This document shows, in pieces, positions 60,186 to 64,000 of a stretch of 64,000 nucleotides of DNA. Below the pieces are notes generated by a model that worked only from the letters and a program-made list of their open reading frames with translations, was not told the origin of the DNA and searched no databases. The translations under genes and the position numbers were made by a program. The stretch's first letter is position 1. Each line of letters starts with the position of its first letter. Location: the sequence record PQ015378.1; one strand, 5' to 3'.

Positions 60186-60484
60186 GTCGTATCGTTTCCA
60201 AAGATTTCACAGTTAAGCGTGCCAGCATCATTACGCTTGAAGGGCCAGTTGAAAAGATCCTGGCACTGGTTGCTCCAGGCGAATACGTCGTTGAGCGTGA
60301 TCGCTCTCGGGATAACGTCGGGTTCGAAAAGACGGGTTATGTGATCAAACACTCCGACCCCATCCGGGCCAATAACGAAGGGGCGTTGTATTACGCTGAC
60401 TTCGTTCCGAGTGATAATGCTTTCCTGTTCGTACAGGGTAGCACCCCAATCAACTTCCGTGTCGTCTACAAGGTGAAGAAATGA
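60182..60484 (+). CDS. Hypothetical protein (100 aa)
   Basis: ATGA overlap; SD GGAG. Confidence 0.7.
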   Translation: MSRIVSKDFTVKRASIITLEGPVEKILALVAPGEYVVERDRSRDNVGFEKTGYVIKHSDPIRANNEGALYYADFVPSDNAFLFVQGSTPINFRVVYKVKK

Positions 60485-60732
60485 CACTACCAATTTTCAT
60501 CGGGGTCTCCATGATCCTCATGGCGATCCTAGCCGCGATGCCGCTGGGTTATTTCTCGTTCACCACGATGGACACCACCATCAAGATGGAGCTTGATCGG
60601 GTCCCACTGACCGGCATCTGTCGAAAGGTGCGCATCGCACAGAAGCTGTGGCTGGCATGGATTGCTGTGGCCATATTCTTCTTCATCTGTGGTATCCAAG
60701 TCGCAGCATTCAAGGATTTCGTTAATGGCTAA
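60481..60732 (+). CDS. Two-TM membrane protein
   Basis: ATGA overlap; hydrophobic ends. Confidence 0.7.
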   Translation: MTLPIFIGVSMILMAILAAMPLGYFSFTTMDTTIKMELDRVPLTGICRKVRIAQKLWLAWIAVAIFFFICGIQVAAFKDFVNG

Positions 60733-60934
60733 CTTCCTTAACTGGCTGGCTATCGTAATCATCGTGACTGGTCCACCTACGTTGTTCTTCGTGGGTTGGT
60801 TGCGGGACTACATGAAAACCAAGTTCCGCTGGTGGGTCTACTTCTGGCTGGTTATGTTATTCACCAATGTGATCCTGCAGTTGGGTAGTCTCTTCTATAA
60901 CGGGTTCAAAACCATGGGGGTTCCATGTTCCTGA
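60725..60934 (+). CDS. Two-TM membrane protein
   Basis: 69 aa; SD AAGGA. Confidence 0.7.
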   Translation: MANFLNWLAIVIIVTGPPTLFFVGWLRDYMKTKFRWWVYFWLVMLFTNVILQLGSLFYNGFKTMGVPCS

Positions 60935-61110
60935 TCAAAGCAGTTCTCATCGTCGGGCTGGTACTCGGCCTGTGGGTCGCTCTTGCCCCTACGTCTAACG
61001 TGGGAGTAGAAGAAGATGATCACCTCGGCCTGGGACCTTCCACAGATGTGGTTGGTCCTGGTTTGTTCATTGCCCTGGTCTGCGTACTCGCATTGATCGT
61101 AATGGACTAA
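60925..61110 (+). CDS. Two-TM membrane protein
   Basis: 61 aa; hydrophobic-acidic loop-hydrophobic. Confidence 0.65.
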   Translation: MFLIKAVLIVGLVLGLWVALAPTSNVGVEEDDHLGLGPSTDVVGPGLFIALVCVLALIVMD

Positions 61111-61127
61111 CGCAACAAATCTCAAAT

Positions 61128-61143
61128 CTACATTACTGTAGTG
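61128..61143 (+). promoter_or_regulatory. Putative early promoter
   Basis: CTACATTAC-N5-TG; flanks resemble the 5709 promoter (atctca.atcta...tagtgaa). Confidence 0.7.
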
Positions 61144-61170
61144 AATCCAAACCCATAAAAGGAAATTGCA

Positions 61171-61887
61171 ATGAACGCTCAAACTCCAACTTCCGTTGAC
61201 ACCAACATGGTTCGCTGCTTCATGAACACCACCATCCAGTGGTTCGCTGACATGGGCATCAACCGCATGCATTTCATCTGCGATGCCACCATGTTCGACG
61301 TCGGTATCCTGGCACCGCAAGTCAACCCCCTGGGTCAGATCGTTCTGAACCTGTCGGGCAAAGCCACCATGGGTTTCAAGTACTCGGAAGAGCACTTCTC
61401 GTTCCACTGTGGTTCGCAAGGTCAGGACGTTTACCTGGAAGTTCCGTATGAAGCGGTTCTGGGTTTCAACGTTCCGTTCGGTGACAACAACATGGTTTCG
61501 TTCCCGATCCCGAACCTGGAACGCCACATGCTGGAGGTCTCGTTGGCTGAGGCACAGCGTGAGCACCTGAAGACCTACCTGGCCAAGCATCCAAACCAGG
61601 ACTTCGACGGTGATCGTCTCGGCGAGGGTGGTGAGGAACTGCCAGATGGTGCGTACGCGGTACACAGCGTGAACATGGAAGAGCTGACCAAAGACATGCC
61701 AACCATCAAAGAACTGATGGACCGCAAGCCGCTGGCCCAGCGTCCGAAACCAGCTCCGGTAAAAGAAGCACCGAAACCTCTGCTGGACTTCGGTCACCTG
61801 CCGGGTGATTCGGTTCCAGCGGTACAACCAAAACCTCGTCGTGTGGGTGCACCTCACCTGACCGTTATCCAAGGTGGTAAAGCATGA
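61171..61887 (+). CDS. sspB: SspB-like ClpXP adaptor (stringent starvation protein B family)
   Basis: GQIVLNLS...F.F......VP..AV.G fold motif, flexible linker, C-terminal PHLTVIQGGKA resembling the LRVVK ClpX-binding tail. Confidence 0.75.
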   Translation: MNAQTPTSVDTNMVRCFMNTTIQWFADMGINRMHFICDATMFDVGILAPQVNPLGQIVLNLSGKATMGFKYSEEHFSFHCGSQGQDVYLEVPYEAVLGFNVPFGDNNMVSFPIPNLERHMLEVSLAEAQREHLKTYLAKHPNQDFDGDRLGEGGEELPDGAYAVHSVNMEELTKDMPTIKELMDRKPLAQRPKPAPVKEAPKPLLDFGHLPGDSVPAVQPKPRRVGAPHLTVIQGGKA

Positions 61888-62609
61888 AAGCTCTCTATGT
61901 GATGGATCGCCCTGATTCCCCACGGAACATTGATTTGTTCCGTCTGTGGGATGGTAGTCGCCACTTCCGTGAGGTAAACCTGTACGACCTCAACGATCTG
62001 CTGAGTGACAACTACATCATCGCTGACGAGAAGTTCAATCTCGATTCCGAGAACTTCTATCGCCTCGAAGTGGAAGTCGTTCCAATGGCTCGTACCGAAC
62101 ACGGTACGCTGAAGATCCTGGGTCGTAAGATCACCACGTATCACCCAACGGATGAGGATATCGAGGATCTGCTCGGTCTCCATACCGTAGTTAATGCGGC
62201 TGTGATCAACAACATCATGCAACTCGGCCTGCGGGTTCGTGAACCGGACTTCCTCCAGGAAGCCTACCTGGCCTACGGCCAACTCCGTGGTAGTATCGAT
62301 CCGATCGTCTGTGGTATCGGCACGTACGTGTTCACCGATGATCGTTATCGGATGGTCCGTCGTACCCGTCACCTGAAGATCACCGTGGCCATGATGTTGA
62401 AGCCTGGCTTGCTGGACGAGATCGTCAAGCAGGTAGAACCACAGGTGTTCCAGACTGACAACTGGGGTAACCTGGATCACGATGATGCCAATGACCAATC
62501 GGAAGATGGACACATCACCACTGCAGGTATCGGGGCGCATGAGTTGTTCCATGCGATCAAAGAACGTAGCTTCGACCAGGTAGTCTACCTCAACCCAGGA
62601 CTGGAATAA
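61884..62609 (+). CDS. Hypothetical protein
   Basis: ATGA overlap with sspB. Confidence 0.75.
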   Translation: MKALYVMDRPDSPRNIDLFRLWDGSRHFREVNLYDLNDLLSDNYIIADEKFNLDSENFYRLEVEVVPMARTEHGTLKILGRKITTYHPTDEDIEDLLGLHTVVNAAVINNIMQLGLRVREPDFLQEAYLAYGQLRGSIDPIVCGIGTYVFTDDRYRMVRRTRHLKITVAMMLKPGLLDEIVKQVEPQVFQTDNWGNLDHDDANDQSEDGHITTAGIGAHELFHAIKERSFDQVVYLNPGLE

Positions 62610-63985
62610 TGCTTATCTCGGAAATCTTGGCATTCGCTCACACCACTCTCGAAACTCTTAGCGGTGGTGACTCCACCGTTAAGGGCTTTATGACTCTGGG
62701 CCTGATGGGTGTCCTCGGTTACTTTGGTCGCACTGTCCCGCGTACCATCATCAATTTCATCCGTCGCAACACCGTGGCGTCCATGACGTTCACTCGTCAG
62801 GGCACCTACTCCATGGACTTGCAGAACTACGCCGCGTTCATGAAGTGGTTCGCTGAATCCAAGTGGGCTGTGTATGACCGCAACCGTCGTGTCACGTTCG
62901 ATCGGGATAACCCAGCCTTCGGGCCGGGTACCGGTTTCCACTGGTTCTTCTTCCGAGGTCGTTATTTCTGGTTCAACGTAACGCGTCTGGCTTCCAGTGG
63001 TACGGATATCGAGAAGGAAGAGTTCACTCTCTATACCTTCGGTCGTACAACCAAGCCGTTCGAAGAACTGGTGGAAGAGTTCCGCATCAAGCGTGACAAG
63101 TCTACCGTTCGTATCTACGCTCCGGGTGATCAAGGTTGGAATATCCAAGGTCGTCTGCGTCTGGATGCGGCTGAAACGCTGGTGATTGATCCTGATGTCG
63201 AGAAAGAGTTCTTCGGCTCGATGGACTGGTTCGTTAATAACGAGCCATGGTATCGTAAACGTGGCCGTGCCTACAAACATACCATCGTTCTCGAAGGTCC
63301 ACCTGGTACAGGTAAGACTTCACTGATCAAAGCGGCAGCTCGCCGCTACAAACGTGACCTTCACTTCATCAACCTGGCTACCGACGGTCGTCAGTTGCAG
63401 AAACTGATCGCCCAGCTTTCGCCGGGTGACATGGTCTGCATCGAGGACTTCGATGATGTGAAGTCGTTGCACCGCCGTACCGAAGACCCGACCAAGCGTC
63501 TGGAAATCGGTGAGAGCGACAAGAAGAACGAGATGGCCTTCATGGACTGCGACATCCAGCTGTCCACGTTCCTCAACATCCTGCAGGGTGTAGTTGAACT
63601 CGAAGACCTGATCATCATCCTCACCACCAACCACATCGAGAAGATCGATCCAGCTGTATATCGCCCTTCACGTGTGGACAAACTGATCCACGTTCCGTTC
63701 CTCAAGGACGCTGAGATCAAGCGTTACATCGACGTGATGTATGATAATCCTACTTACGATCGTAATGTAATGTTCCCGGATACAGCTGCGGCTGTTCTCT
63801 CTGGGTTGTTCAACGAGCACCCACACGACGCTGACCAGTTCATCGATCGTCTGGACAAACTGACCGACAGCTACATCGCTGAAAACTATGCGATGCGTGA
63901 AGTTGTCAAACCACCTGCAAAACAAAAGCAAGGCGGTAAGCCGGTTGCTTCTGCCGAATCGGTGGAGCCCGCTACCGCTGCATAA
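62609..63985 (+). CDS. BCS1-like membrane-anchored AAA+ ATPase
   Basis: N-terminal hydrophobic helix, W+..RG..YK..I.L.GPPGTGKTS, IEDFD, LSTFLNILQG, LTTNH.EKIDPA..RP.RVD. Confidence 0.85.
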   Translation: MLISEILAFAHTTLETLSGGDSTVKGFMTLGLMGVLGYFGRTVPRTIINFIRRNTVASMTFTRQGTYSMDLQNYAAFMKWFAESKWAVYDRNRRVTFDRDNPAFGPGTGFHWFFFRGRYFWFNVTRLASSGTDIEKEEFTLYTFGRTTKPFEELVEEFRIKRDKSTVRIYAPGDQGWNIQGRLRLDAAETLVIDPDVEKEFFGSMDWFVNNEPWYRKRGRAYKHTIVLEGPPGTGKTSLIKAAARRYKRDLHFINLATDGRQLQKLIAQLSPGDMVCIEDFDDVKSLHRRTEDPTKRLEIGESDKKNEMAFMDCDIQLSTFLNILQGVVELEDLIIILTTNHIEKIDPAVYRPSRVDKLIHVPFLKDAEIKRYIDVMYDNPTYDRNVMFPDTAAAVLSGLFNEHPHDADQFIDRLDKLTDSYIAENYAMREVVKPPAKQKQGGKPVASAESVEPATAA

Positions 63986-64000
63986 ACAGTGAGGAATGTC

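Overview
A 64-kb segment of a phiKZ-like jumbo phage genome (Chimalliviridae-type; gene order resembles phiKZ ~gp162-gp214, recalled from memory rather than searched). The left half is the conserved virion/late block: internal head proteins, PAAR plus central spike, SbcC ATPase, prohead protease, split virion RNA polymerase beta and beta' subunits, tape-measure/lytic transglycosylase. The right half is mostly short accessory genes in early-promoter operons, with thymidylate kinase, a DEDD exonuclease, an SNF2 helicase, a frameshifted dCTP deaminase, NAD-dependent DNA ligase, SspB and a BCS1-like AAA ATPase. I found no tRNA, rRNA gene, CRISPR array, intron or intein. The most striking unexplained feature is a structured ~120-nt non-coding element at 44349-44467, followed by a terminator. 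It carries 16 consecutive bases identical to the reverse complement of the 16S rRNA 3' end (18-nt pairing if one G.U is allowed). It is a candidate phage RNA that base-pairs with the host anti-Shine-Dalgarno. Functional labels come from motif recognition only; no searches were run.
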